Part shown: positions 1 to 14,139 of the stretch, piece by piece
How positions within the stretch are numbered: the stretch's first letter is position 1
Layout of the letters: each line of letters starts with the position of its first letter
Assembly (NCBI RefSeq): GCF_009914755.1
Contig: NC_060945.1
Direction: 5' to 3' (one strand)
DNA from: the human T2T-CHM13v2.0 reference genome, Homo sapiens
DNA: 64,000 bases
Program-made: the position numbers and the translations under genes
Notes under the pieces: model-generated
What the model was told of the DNA's origin: nothing
The model's input: the letters and a program-made list of their open reading frames with translations, nothing else
Database searches by the model: none

Positions 1-370
1 CAGGACTTGATTCTTGGATGACACTTATGGACCTGCCCTAGGCCAGAAGGGAGTCCACTGCCATCTAGGGTGAGTCCCAGGCCTCGCAGCATTCACCACA
101 AGCTGATTTTTAAAACCTTGATCCTTAAGGGAACATAGGTGGTAGTCTGTCAGTACTCTCTGTGGCCTGGGGTGGTGGGGTCTATGGGGTGAGGTTCCTC
201 TGTCTTTGAAAAGGGGAAGGAAGAGTGGGAAGGGCTGTGTCTTGTGGTGTGAGTGCCAGCTCAGCCACAAGGTAAACTTCTAAGGTTTTTTACTCTAGTC
301 CCTGACTTCTAGACTGGACTTCTAGACCCACCCAGAGCCTGGGAGACCTTGCCGCCCTGAAGGGAAGAAC
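1..370 (+). mobile_element. Old primate/eutherian L1 5'UTR fragment (L1PB/L1MA-type)
   Basis: GC-richer block with motifs GGACCTGCCCTAGGCCAGAAGGGAG..CACTGCC and GCCCTGAAGGGAAG resembling L1PB-type 5'UTR subrepeats; truncated by the window start. Confidence 0.55.
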
Positions 371-1207
371 ATAAAATAGCATAAAATCTGAATACTGTAT
401 TTGTTTCCAGAAATGTACTTCTATTATTCCTAGATGTGTGTCAGCCAAGAACTTATCTCAGAAACTGCTTATCCTTGCAATAACAAAGGGGAAGTTTCCT
501 CTTTAAAAAGGAACATTGGGCTAAGATGATATACTCTGAAGACGTAAAAATGGCCTGGTGTCTATTACAAATAAATGAAACACCAGAGTATTGAATGTAA
601 TATCTTCTGGTGTTTAGGTCTTAATTTCTAATATGAGGTGCTTTTAAAATTTTCAAGCTATGTTTGATGCAGAAAATTAAACTTGACACATTAAAGAATA
701 CCAACTCACTTCGGACCTCTTAAGAAACATGTATTCTTCTGTAAGAAGCAACATGTGAATCAAGTTTAAAAGATTATGAACATTTTGGACACTTGCCACT
801 ATGTTTGAACAACTTTGAAAGTCAAAAATGACCATACTCAACTAACTACAGTAGTATGCACGTAGGAATTAGATTGTTTTAGTCATTAATTAACCAATAA
901 GTAAAATAATATATTATTTACTTTTACCTTTTATAACATTGTCAGTCACCTTTTTCAAATATCAAGTACTTTATATTTCAAAGTATGTCTTACTTTCTAA
1001 ATTTATTTTCCTATATATTTAGCAATGCTTAAGGTTGTTTGCGTAATTAAGAACCACATTACATCTCTGTGTGTGAGAGAGACAGTGATATAGCTCAAAT
1101 TATTCAAAGGTCAAACTTGGACAGAACCAATATTAATGACTTTATCTATCTTATTTATTTTTTACCAAGTATTGAATTTTCTGTTTTATGTTAGCCCTCA
1201 CTCTGTG

Positions 1208-1420
1208 GTGAGACATTGTAGCACAGTCATTAAAAACATCAACGCTGGTACTAAACAACCTGGGTTGGAACTGCTGCTCTATAGCTCATTAATTGTGCAA
1301 TTTGAGAAGTTGACATAATCTTTCTGTGCCTCAAATACTCAATAGTAAAGTGTAGATAACAATGATGCCTATTGTCATATGGTTGTTGTGAAGATTAAAC
1401 AAATTAGTATAAGTAAAATT
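1208..1420 (+). mobile_element. MIR SINE
   Basis: Core-like CCTGGGTT...TCTGTGCCTCA...GGTTGTTGTGAAGATTAAA. Confidence 0.7.
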
Positions 1421-1701
1421 GACTCAAAAAAATCTAGTAAGTAGTAGATTTTTAAGTAAGTAGTACATACATATAAAACATAGTAAGTTTTATATGTTGT
1501 TAGTTATTATTTTTCCTATTTGTACATTTAAAGTCATATTTAGACATATTAACTATTATTTATAAAATTTAATATTTCAATATCAAAAATTTTAAGATAC
1601 GAAAAAAATTTCTCTGTCTAGATTATAGATATAGATAATCAGGATGGTTTCATGCAAGAAATAGCATTCTTCCAATGTTGGATTGATTGCTATAGAAAAT
1701 G

Positions 1702-2054
<353 letters not shown>

Positions 2055-2757
2055 TTAATTATAGTATGTGAAATATGTAAAATGTATGAACACAACATAC
2101 ATGATTATCCAATCACTCTTTAACAGCGGTACTACTTTTCAGTTATCATAAATTCCACACTTATGTAATATTTGTGGTTGTTTTAAAAGTTGACCCTTAA
2201 AAATAAATGCCCAAATGATCGCTGACGGAGCCAGACTCCAGCACATACCCAATTAAGTGAAGTGTTTCCCTAGGTGCTGGGGTAGGAGCAAACATATTTC
2301 TCTAGCCCCTGAGAGAGACAAAGGTTTATAGAGTAGGTCCAGATGCTGAACATAAATGAACGCTCAATGCACCATGGCATGATTAGGACAATTCATAGAC
2401 CAAACCAGCAGCCAGGAGTGGGGCAAAAGCTCAAGTTTGCACAGATAACAAATAATTGACAAAAATCTCATTAAACATTATTGCTTGAAAGACAAAAAAA
2501 AAACAACCCATATTGTATTACATAACTTATCCAAAGGCCTGCCAGACATCCTTCAAAGTCCTTGCTTCATTCTTGGAACTGTGACACTGAGAGGACTGAG
2601 GCTGAATATTCCAGAAGTCACTGAAGCACATCCAGATGCTCTTCATTGCCACCAGCCGTCCAACTCAGCCAGAAGGCAGCAACATGGGAGTCAGAGAGAG
2701 TAGCTCTCCTTATACTGTTCTCTTGCTTTAATGTAGAGCACGTACAAAGAGGTTATA

Positions 2758-2758
<1 letters not shown>

Positions 2759-2788
<30 letters not shown>
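2759..2788. repeat. (CA)15 microsatellite
   Basis: Direct reading. Confidence 0.97.
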
Positions 2789-2791
<3 letters not shown>

Positions 2792-5349
2792 ATCTCTACT
2801 AGTCTGTCTGTTGAAAGCATTTATAAAGCTGATATTGAATTCACAAATTCCACACTGGCAGCAAATGGGCAGAACTGTGAGTCAATACTCTAGTGGTCCC
2901 AGAAGAAATACTGAAATGTCATTTCTTAGGTCTCTTTTCTTCACCAATCATGGCTATTATATTAAATTCCTATTAGTAGCATTGAAACTACTCATACTCC
3001 ATTATATTACAGCACTGTTAAAGATACTGAAATATATTGAAGTTTTACCTTGACATTGCTGTAGTGTCCAGATGTTAAAAGAATTTTAAATAGAAATGTG
3101 TTAATTTGCTGTTATATGTAACTCTCCTACATGTACTTCTAAAAATCACTTTTGTGTCAGCTAATGTGTATGGTTATTTAATGTTGGTTATTTGAGGTTT
3201 CATTAAACTGATAATATGTCATAATATTTTTAATTAGAAAAGTAGATCTAAAGCTTGAAATTTTAATCAGAAAAAGAATACAATTCACAGATTTTATTTA
3301 ATATTTAATATAATTTGGGAGGTTATAATTTTGCATATTAGTGGAATATACAAGTATTCTTAGACAACACTTTATGGATAGAGAATTAATCCTCTACCAA
3401 CATTATGTTGCTCATATATTAGATGAGGATGTTCTAAATGGTTATATAGTGACTTTTCCCAGGGTACAACTTATGATCAAATATTTTTGGACAAAACTCT
3501 TATTTTTACTTTTTTAAAAAGAATAAATACTTCAACTTCTTCCAGAAAAAAAAAATCCAGATCAAGTGGCATGCATGGTACAAAGTGAAAAGGAATGGCT
3601 GAAGAGAGCCTCCTAAAAAGAAGCTAACGTCACATTGGCTCTGTCTTTAAAATCACTAAAGGAAACAAACAGCAGACTTTACAAGGAAAAGGAAAACATA
3701 AACTGCTTACATAGAATATCTACATTTGGAAGGTGCTGAATGGACAACTGGCTTAGAAAAACATTATATTTCATGAGTATTACCCCTGATGTTCATAATT
3801 TCATAGTTAAGCTGTTCCCTCTTTTGATTTTATGCAGACATTTCAAAGTGAAGTGCATTAACTATGTATGCAAATATGTGAATTCTTGTCTGTGTATGTG
3901 TGAGAGAGAGAGGCAGAGTGTGTGTATGTATGTGTGTGTAAATATGTACACAAATGCTGTATATTAAAATGTTTTGAACTCTGTTAATTCAGGCACTAGA
4001 ATGTCAGGCAGAAGAAAAGAAAACTCAATCCACAACTGTTACTCTAGGGTCATGTTTACAGTTTTTCCTTATAGATTAAAACATGCTCTGTGTCTGTACA
4101 AAATATATTTTCACATGTAAGACATTACAACAGGAAAAAAGGAGCAGTTATGTAGGCATATTTTGCCAACAGTGGTGTTAGAAAAAAATAAAAACTAAAT
4201 AATATGGCAGTTGCTAAAAACATTTCTGCAACCTTGCCAAATAAAGTTTAGGAATATGTCATGTCTGCACTTGAACTGTTTGTTCTCAAGCTCTCTTGGA
4301 GAATGTAAGCATGGCCAAATGTCACAGCCTCAGGCCCTGGGGACTCTGCTCACACTCTTGTAATGAAAACATGAAAAAACTATGAACAGTCTTCACATGT
4401 CCCTCCAAAAATGACACGTTTTAGTTTTGTCTTCAGTGATCCAAAGTATTTGACATAGAAGATAGATAGTAGTTCGTGGAAGTTTTGAAACAATATAATG
4501 GAATTCTTCGAAACTTCATAAAGTGCTTTGAGTAAATTGTTGTGTTCATCTTTGCCATATATTGCGATTTTATAAATAGAAGCCAGGAAGCATCACTCAA
4601 CTTAGTAATGCATTAATCAAAGCTGACATTCAAAATAGGTAAGTCATATTGAGTAGGTTCAATATGCCAGAGATAAATGTAAATTCTAAGAACTTCAAGT
4701 ACCTTTTTAATATTAACTGCTTAGTTATTTTTCACATAGTCAATAACATTCTAGTCACAAAAGCATTTTGGCTTTGCTTTTTAAAATCTTACATGAAATA
4801 AAAATTTAAAATCATGGTAAAAAATGAATTACATTAAACATTCCTAATATATAAATGCCCTCATAATTTCATAGCAATACTTACATTCTTAGAGACTTTG
4901 ACAAAGAAATCTAGAAACAGATTCAAACTCTCATACCATCTTCCAGATTTTCTCTGCCTCAAATCTTTTAGGTATTCTACATGTTATTTTAGATTGATGC
5001 TATTATTAACAAATAATAACCCAGTCTAATATTAGGTAATTTCATATTTGCTATATATTTGAAATATTTGTAATCAATTTGAAAAACAATGCAATAACTT
5101 TTATCAGCGATTAATATAACAGACAAATTTATGTTTTTAAGAATATAATATGATTGAGCTTTTAGCAAATCAAATGACTCACCTAATAATTTTTAGGGGC
5201 CTTACAACACAAATTATTTTCAACAACAGGTCCCTGAGTATAAAGATAATAACCACTGCAAGATCTAGAATGTTATTTTCATTATAACATGTAATGAGAG
5301 GGAAGATATATACCTGGCTTTTCTGATTGTCATAGATACTGATTTTAAG

Positions 5350-5870
5350 AACATTCAGATCCCAGTCATTTGTACATAATAGTGAAGGAAAGAACAAGGA
5401 CAATTTATATGAGCCTCCTGCCTCCTCCCTCCTCCACAGCCTGTTCTCCTTACTTTTTTCTTTCTCTCATTATCTATGTTGGTCATACTGAACTGCTGGC
5501 CTAAATATTTCATATCTCCCTTGACTCCAGTTGCTTTTATCTTGGCTTGTAATTTTTTTCTCCCTTTATTGTTTATATAATACATTTTTTCCCCAATAGT
5601 CAAATATTATATACAACTTGTCCTGAACTCACCACATGACCTTTCTCCCTTCCCATCCCAGCACGTTGAGCTAACTTTTCCCTCTTTGGTCATACAACAA
5701 CTTGAGCAAAGGAATAAACACTTCGTTTCATGTATGTTGGTTTGCATGTCTGTTTACCTACCAGACTGTTGGCTCCTTGAGGACAAGGGCATTTCATTCC
5801 TGTATACCAGGAGCATTGGGCAGTATATGGCACATGATAGGTACTCAGTTGACTGAATGGAAGTTCTTTC
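5350..5870 (+). mobile_element. L2 LINE 3' fragment
   Basis: CCAGACTG..GCTCCTTGAGGACAAGGGC...GGCACATGATAGGTACTCAG..TGAATG is a typical L2 3' end; 5' boundary approximate. Confidence 0.65.
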
Positions 5871-6289
5871 AATAATTGAAGGAAATTTCTTGGACTACTG
5901 TCTTGGATAACAACAATTTGACAGAACTACTTTTAGGGCAACGACCATATTGCTCTCATGTTACTATCATGTTTTCTTAGAAGTTCAGGAGAGTTGATCT
6001 ATTATTATTTTTTTCCATTAACATTTGCTTCTTAACTGGAACCCATATTGTCTTTTTTTCTCATTGTTAAAAAAAAAGTCAAAAGAATTTTGTCTTACTG
6101 CTAACCTATCTGCTCTTTCCCCTAACAAAATGGCATTTTCTAATCAACCTTAATCCAATATATTTCTTCCTCCTCTTCTTCCTCCTTGTTTTTCTTTCTC
6201 TTTCCAACCAGTAAAGTTTCCTTGTGTGCTAGAATACGTTCCATTTTCCCTTACACACGCACTCTCTACTTTGCTCTGCTCTGTCCCCA

Positions 6290-7350
6290 AAAGGGTCTCC
6301 ATTATGAAGTTTGTCCATCACCAACTCAAATAACATCCCCAAAAAGGAGACTTATTCTAAAGTGAAGGAAACAACAATGGGTTCATAGCCATAAATATTA
6401 CTGGTCTTACCACATGCTCCAAAACCCAAAAGGTGCTGGCTTGATATAACAATGTTATGGCCAACTAAGAACTAAATTAACTCATGAAATGGAGAGCAGT
6501 CTGGTTGAAATTTTGTCCTACAGGATGTTATATGACTTAAACTAGCTCTTATTATATGGAGCCATCACTCCCATTACCAGAATTTATAGGAAAAGCCACC
6601 AAAATATGAGTCTGAGGGCCATTCTACTATCACCAAAATAACTCACTAAAAAAAAATATTTACTTCCAGTCCCCAAAACCTTTGGTTAAATGGGTTTGGA
6701 GTCATAGTCCTTAAGAAAGAAATACTTCCACCAGAGAACACAGTCATAGTCTGTTTATTTTCAAGCTGAGACTTCGTCTTGGCTAGTCAGGGCTCCCCAT
6801 ATGATTGAACCCACAAAAAGAGAAGGAGGTTACTCATTGACTGAAGTGACTGATTCCAATTCCCAAGATGAACCTGGGTTTCTGCTACACAATTGGGACA
6901 AAAAGGCCTATGCATGGAGCCCAGGGGATGTACTGGGGTACTTCTCAGTACCTTCTTGCCTAAGGGTCTTGGTCAGCTATAGAAATACAGTAAAGATAGG
7001 GACCACCATGGACCCAGATCATTCAGGATCACTCCAGCAAGTAAAGAGTTCCATTCATCTGAGCTGCTGGCAGAAGTAAAATAACACAGACTGAGTAGTG
7101 GAGAAAGGAAGCTATAATTATCAAATTTAGGCCTCATAACTAGCATCAGAAATAGGACCACAGTGGGAAAATGTTATTGTAATTATTTTTCACTTTCCCT
7201 TTTCCTCACTTTCCGACCTTATCTGAGAACACTGGTGCTGCCTTCTGTTTTAAGCTTCAGATGAACAGATCATTGCATTGCTAGCAACACAGCTGCTGGG
7301 AATGTATGTTTGGCACATAACACTCCATCTGGACAAAATACAAGAGTACA
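6290..7350 (+). pseudogene. ERVL internal region: degenerate integrase C-terminus plus dUTPase
   Basis: ORF 6801-7079 LTEVTDSNSQDEPGFLLHNWDKKAYAWSPGDVLG resembles ERVL dUTPase (GVIDPDYQ.EI.LLLHNGGKEEY.W..GDPLG); 6410-6480 resembles the integrase HPEAAGLIE.WNG.LK segment; followed by an LTR. Confidence 0.75.
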
Positions 7351-7354
7351 GAAG

Positions 7355-7848
7355 GTGAGTTCTGCTTGATACTTCCCATTTGACCCTCCTGATCTGCTCT
7401 CCATCTTCCTCTACCCTGCCCTGTGTTCCTACAGGATAACCAGTGTAAAAGACATCAGTGAGCTCTCTTGCCCTTTGACTCCCAGTGGGGTTCAGTTAAT
7501 GGGAGTCATCAGAAGGTCAGAGGAAGGGAAAAGAGTGGGATGAATATTTATTTCCCCTTTTCCTTCCTGTGGGTTGATTTCATGCACCTACCAAAGGCCA
7601 CAGCTCCTACAAGACAAACTTTTCATCCATTATCTGTTGGTTTCTAATAACCATTCTTTTTTCTTATCACTTTAATGCCTTTTAAGGCCTTGGGGTATAA
7701 TACTTCCCCATTTTTACCAGGCCCAATGGGATTACTCTATCTTACATTGATTTCCCTGTACTTGGTCCAAACGTTTGGAAGTAATCACTATTTATTAAAC
7801 TTTCTTCAGTTACCATCTCTTTCTGCCAAAAAAAAACCTGTCTGATAC
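7355..7848 (+). mobile_element. LTR33-like ERVL 3' LTR
   Basis: CTTCCCATTTGACCCTCCTGATCTGCTCTCC...CCCTGCCCTGTG start, ATTAAA signal, ends CTGATACA. Confidence 0.7.
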
Positions 7849-8699
7849 ACAGACGTCAACATCTGCAAATTGTGTCCATAACTAAATGATAATTATCAAA
7901 TATTACTTTTCCTTTTATAATATATCATACAAAACAATCATTTTTCAATATACTATTAAAATGAGTACAAAGGCATATTACCAAAAAAAGTAAATAGATC
8001 CATGAAAGTGCTAAAAGTTGAAAAGAGTTTCTGCCATGAGAAGGTAAGAAATGTTGACTTTAGAAAATATTAAGGGTGTAGGGTTGTACGGAAGGATAAC
8101 CTAGATCAAAGGAACCACATCTTAATATATGCATGGATGAGGGTTGCAGGTGATTGAAACTTTTCTCAGTGATAAAAATAAAATAAAATAAAATAATGGC
8201 TTTAAATGTGGAGTTTTTAGTTACAGAGATCAGGAAAGAGCTTGAGATGACCGTGATAGAACTTAAGTAAAGATTCATTTACAAAGCTTCTAAGTCATTC
8301 AGCCTCTACCCCCTCCTCAGCATGTGCAGGGCAGCTGAGCATAGATGCTTCTCCAGCTGAAGAGCTCACCTTTAATCTGAGCAGAAGATTTTTCTGAATG
8401 TCTTACAGTGGCAGCTGTAGTCAGTGAGAGGAGTAGAAAACAGAAGAGGATGGCTCTGAATCTCCTCAATGGAGCTAGTTATTGAGGACAGAAAAGGAAA
8501 AGCAGCTCTACCTGAAACAAAATTAATCAAAGTACACCACCCCTGAACTAAGTCCTCCACCCTATGGTATTTCTAGCCTGCAAGTTCTATAGCCTCATAA
8601 TCTAAAGGTAAACTTGCCTGACAACTGGAATGGCTCACAATCAGGCCTCTGATCACCCAGGAGGGAGCCTTTAGGGCAACAGACCTACAAAACTGCAAA

Positions 8700-9480
8700 G
8701 CAAACCCTGCTAGCAAAGGGATCAATCAGCATAGAAGCTAATTCACAGATATGAGTGATACATTAGCTTCAACAGTTATAAAATGTCAACAGAGATAATG
8801 AAAAAATTGGAATAATGTGTTTAATCCATGGTAGTAAACTCAGATTTAGCACATATTGCATCTCTAACATAAAAACAGGCTGACATATAAAAGAACAATA
8901 AAAGAACATAAAATAATTATTGGAAATGAAAAGTATGAGTGCTAACATTAATTTTAAAAGAATCAAAAGGAATACTTAATAAAGTGGGTAGTCCTTGATT
9001 AATAATTTGGATGATAAAGACAAGGAAATATTCCAGAATAGAAAATTTAAAACACTAAGATATTGAAAATGTTAGGAAATTAAATGCCATTGATAAGAAA
9101 GTATAACATATACCTACTGGAGAACCAGAAGAAAGAAAAGAGACAAATGGTGAGTATAAATAATTACAGAAATAATAGAAAACAAGTCTATAAGAAGAAT
9201 ATTTAAATTGAAGGACACCATGGATTATCGGAAAAATGAAAGCCAGAGAGATAATTCTGAAGTTTCAGAATTCAAAACACCAAAAGAAAATAATAAAATA
9301 CGTTGCAAGAGAAAAAAAACACAGAGAAAAGAGAATCAGATTGGCATCAGACTTTTCATTAGTACCACTGCATGTCAGGAAGAACAAAAAACAGATTTAA
9401 TCTAGAATTCTAGATTAAATTTTTAAAGATTTAAAAAGAAAATATTTTAGGCTGCAAAGCTCTAGTGTCCACAAGTATCT
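8700..9480 (+). mobile_element. Ancient L1M/HAL1 ORF1-region fragment
   Basis: A-rich, with AACATATACCTACTGGAGAACCAGAAGAA and AATCAGATTGGCATCAGACTTTTCA ORF1 motifs. Confidence 0.6.
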
Positions 9481-9807
9481 TTTGAATATATATATATATA
9501 CACACACACAAACATACATACACATACATATAATCTAGGTAAACAAGAAGTTGGACAATGAGAGAATGATCCAAGTGAAGAGTAATGTGAAAAGAAATCA
9601 CAAGGTGATTTGAACAGTAGGTAATATAGCACCAAAAATTCTTCAGGAAGAAAATAGGTCTCATTCCCTAAATTGTTTGATTAAGTCACCTCTTAATGAT
9701 AATTTAAAGATACATATATATAACTTCTTAAACAATAAAGGCAAACAAAAGATCCAAGTAAAAAAACCAATTGTTCAAGAATGACAGAGTCCAAATATAA
9801 AGAAACT

Positions 9808-11165
9808 TTACTTAAATTATTCTGAAAAATAGAGGAGGAAGGAATACTTCCAAACACATTATATGAAGCCAGGATTATCCTGACACCAATACCAGAAAAG
9901 ACACATCAAAAAAAGAAAATTACAGGCCAATATCTCTGGTGAATATTGATGCAAATATCCTCAACAAAATACTAGCAAGGCAAATTCAACAACACACTAA
10001 AAAGGTCATTCATCATGACCAAGTGGGATAAATCCCTGGGATGCACAGATGGTTGAATATACACAAATCAATCTGTGTGATACATCATACTGACAGAATG
10101 AAGGACAAAAGCCATATGATCATTCAACTGATGCTGAAAAAGTATTTGATAAAATTCTACATATTTTTATGATAAAAACTCTCAAAAAAGTGGGTATGGA
10201 AGAAATATATCTCACATAATAAATGCCATACACAACAGACTCATAACTCGTATCATATAGAATGAGGGAAAAACTGAAAGCTTTAGCTAAGATCTGGAAC
10301 AAGACAAGGATGCCCAATGTCACTATTGTTACTCAACATAGTACTGCAAGTTCTAGCTAGAGTACTCAGACAAGAGAAAGAAACAAAGGGCATCCAAATA
10401 GAAAAGGAACAAGTCAAATTTTCCCTGTTTGCAGATGATGCGATCTTATATTTGAAAAAACCTAAACACTCCACCAAAAACCTATCCCACTGCTAGGTGT
10501 GTACCCAAAAGAAAGAAAATCAATATATCCAAGAGACATATGCACTCATGTTTATTGCAACATCATTCACAAGAGCCAAGATTTGGAAGCAACCTAAGTG
10601 TCCATCAACAGATGAATGGTTAAAGAAAATGTGGTACATATACACAGTTGAGTACTATTCAGCCATAAAGAGAATGAGATCCCATCATTTGCAACAACAT
10701 GGATAGAATTGAAGGTCATTATGTTAAGTGAAATAAGCCAGGTACAGAAAAACAAACTTCACATGTTCTCACTTATTTACAGAAGCTAAAATTAAAACAA
10801 TTGAACTCATGGAGATAGGGAGTAGAAGGATGGTTACCAAAGGCTGGGAAGGTTAGCAGGAGGGTAGGGAGAAGCAGAGATGGTTAATGTGCACACACAC
10901 AAAAAATAGGAAAAATGAATAAGGCCTAGTATTTGCTAGCACAACAGAGTGACTATAGTAAAAAATAATGTAATTATACATTTATAAATAACTAAAATAG
11001 CATAATTGGATTGTTTGAAACACAAAGGATGAATGCCTGAAGTGATAGAGACCTAATTTACCCTGATGTAATTATTACGTATTACATGACTGTACCAAAA
11101 CTTCTAACATACCCCATAAATAGATATGCCTATTATGTGCCCACAAAAATTAAAAATTAAAAAAG
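9808..11165 (+). mobile_element. 5'-truncated L1MA1/2-like LINE with a large internal ORF2 deletion
   Basis: RT motifs ([23 protein letters not shown]) join directly to the IPLLG.YP C-terminal region; L1MA-type 3'UTR and A tail; TSD AAATATAAAGAAACT (9793-9807) / AAATATGAAGACACT (11166-11180). Confidence 0.9.
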
Positions 11166-11477
11166 AAATATGAAGACACTGTTTTGAGCAACTGAATTAA
11201 AAAGAAAAAATAATTCATTTGCCATTGAATGAACTTAGCACAAATTGTGAGCCCAAAACAATACTAGAATGTTTTATATATGTTAAATAATTTAATTCTC
11301 ATAATAGTCTTGAAGTAAATATTTATGATGTGATAGTAAATGTACAGACAATGAAACTGATGCTCTAGACATTTAAATTTCCTTCCCAAGGCCTTCCAGA
11401 TAATAGTGAAGGGAATGGGGTCCAGTGCCCAAAGACAAAATGGGCTCATTGTTTAATGTTAAGATTCCCAACACTAA

Positions 11478-11690
11478 TTTTTTTTCTACATTTTCAACTT
11501 TTGTTTTAGATACAGTGGCCACATGTGCATATTTGTTACATGGGAGCATTGTGTAATGCTGAAGTTTGGAATATGGAATCCATCACCATGATAGTAAGCA
11601 TAGTACCTGATAGATAATTTCTTAACCCACACCCCCTCCCTACACCCTCTAGTAGTCCACAGTGTCTATTGGTCCCAGATTTATGTCCAT
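11478..11690 (-). mobile_element. L1PA16/L1PB-type 3' end
   Basis: T-run, CAACTTTTGTTTTAGATACAG..ACATGTGCA...TTGTTACATGGG. Confidence 0.8.
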
Positions 11691-13179
11691 TCTGATACTA
11701 AATTTAAATTTAATTTGAATAACCATTTGTCAGGATATTTAAAGCATTCCTTATCAAGGGAAAAGTTAGATTCAAACATTAATTTTTACTCATTTAATTA
11801 TTCAACAAGTATTAATTGTGTTGATATCATGGGCCAGACAATATATTCATAACACAAAGAAAAATAAAACATCTCAGCCTTCAAGAAGCACATAAATTAG
11901 TAGATTATTAATCCAAGATAGATGCATGCTTAAAATAAAGTTCTTTATCATTAGGCTCTTATCCCTGCTCATTACTGCCTTAGAGATTTTTGAGCCTTTG
12001 ATCATGGTATCCCCACATTAGCCTTCCAGATAATTCCATGAGAATACCTACAGCCCAAAGATGTTTTACACAAAGGAAAAAATAGTTTGAATCCTTCAAC
12101 ATGAATCATTATGGTTTAGATTATTGAAGTTTTCAATGCTTTATAATACCACTTCCAGATCTTTCTTATTCCATATAACACTTGTGAATAGGTACACTAA
12201 GAAGAGGCAACGGGCTCACAGGACTGAAGAAAGTCAGAAGAACGTGAAGATGGGAAAAGAAAGATGTTCTTGTAAGTTACATGCTCAGCTATGATCTAAT
12301 AGAAGAAGAAGAAATTAAAATAATTGTTTGTTGTGATATTTGAAAACTCAGCCGGTAACCCACCATGGGGATTTCACCACATTGTCTTCGGGAATACCTG
12401 AAGTTCCTGGTTCTGTAATACATTATTGAGGCATTTAAAAATTAAGGGAAATTGCATGACTCAATCTTTTCCAATAATGTTAGTTGGTGTAAAAAATAAC
12501 ATAGATTTTATTGTGGACACAAAAATTCCCAGAAGTGACATGCTTGCAAATAGTTACACTTTCAGTCAATTGATTTCTTTGAATTGTAGGATTTAAAGGA
12601 CTCAGTAAGCATGAACAGGAAAAACAGGTAAGTCAGTAAAATATTAACCACTGTGTTAGACTGGGAATGACAATTTTCAACAATGTTTTATGCTTCGTTA
12701 GTCAGTTAAATTCTCTATCAACATAGGCTTAGCAACCAGTTGAAAACCATGATCACATTCTGGAAATTCAGATTATGAATACTAAAGATACAGTCTCTTT
12801 TGTCATAATAGGCGACAGGTATTCCTTAAAAAGAGTAAATATAACATAGAAAAATACAAGTCCACATAAATAATAGAGAATTTATGGTTTAATTTTCTAA
12901 AGAAACCATTTCTTAATTGAGTTGGTTGTTATTTTTGTTTTTGTTTACTGTAAAGTTTATTCTTTCATGATTTAGTTGCTTTATATAAATGACTAGAAAA
13001 AAATGGAATGATCAGTCTTTTGAGAATTAGTGTATCATCATGTACATATTTGCCCTCTAACTTATAAAGAATTTTATGTGAAAAGGCAAGTATTTGTGTA
13101 CCTAAAGCATGTGATAATCTTGGCTCACTAAGTTGCCATTAAAAAGAGCAATTTAATATTTCCTAAACCAAATATTTCT

Positions 13180-13360
13180 TATGCATCATCTCATTGAAAT
13201 CTATAAGCTAGGTATTATTATTATTCTTCTTTTATTCTTACATTGGCAAATAAGAATCTGAGGGTTCAAAGACCCTTTACCTTGTCAAGTCCACACAACT
13301 AGCAAAAGATGAATCAGCACTCCATCTCAGGCAGTCAGAATTCAGAACTGAAGCTTTAAA
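13180..13360 (-). mobile_element. MIR
   Basis: AGGTATTATTA...GAATCTGAGG...CACACAACTAG...CAGGCAGTCAGAATTCAGA. Confidence 0.6.
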
Positions 13361-13529
13361 ATATCATGTATTATTGAGATATGTTCTCAAGCCACACAAA
13401 ACAGTGGTAACTGTGATGTAAAAAACCATCTGCATAGAAGTATGTTCTACTAAAAAATTCAGATGCACACACATGCATAAACAGAGTTATATATATCCAT
13501 ATATACACATGCATGCATACATACATATA

Positions 13530-13680
13530 CATATAGGAAAAAAGGCTAAGACCAAAATAGTAATCACTGTTATAACTAGATGGTGGGATTATAGGTAACC
13601 CCTTCTATTTTGTTTTCTATGCTTTTCTATAGGTTTTCAACTTTCTACAAAAAAATACTTAGTTTTATTAACTAGCTCAG
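13530..13680 (+). mobile_element. L1ME 3'UTR fragment
   Basis: CCAAAATAGTAA..CTGTTAT...GGTGGGATTATAGGT motif. Confidence 0.5.
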
Positions 13681-14139
13681 ATTAATTGAAATCATTATCA
13701 ATTTTTTCTTATAATGCTAATAAACTTTGGATATAATCTATGACATCAATATATGATTATAATAATACATGAAAAGGTTTTATCTTCAATCTAGTAACTC
13801 TAAGTTTAATAACTTTGTTTTGAAGTTATGGGGGTTATTAAGAAATATTCTGGTCTGAAAACATTGCCGCCACCTATAACTTGAGTACTCATTCTAGGGA
13901 ATAAATATTATTCAACTACAACTTTTGCTAATATTTTATTCGATTTCAAACAGGCATTCTTGAATTGTATTCTGTTTTCTTGAGATTTAGATAAGATAAA
14001 ATATTTCACCACCACTTCACAGGATAAACACAATAAATATCAGCTAAGTATAGCCCATATACATCTGAAAAGGAATATCAAAAGTATCCAGTATTTATTT
14101 TTGAAAAATTACATTTTTATTTTTCCCTTCACATTTTTT

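Noticed and set aside
2663-2682. CTCF-like CAGCCAGAAGGCAGC
   Set aside because: About three mismatches to the core consensus; not distinguishable from chance.
2646-3053. 135-aa ORF
   Set aside because: Non-ATG start, runs through (CA)n (THTHTH), no recognisable domain.
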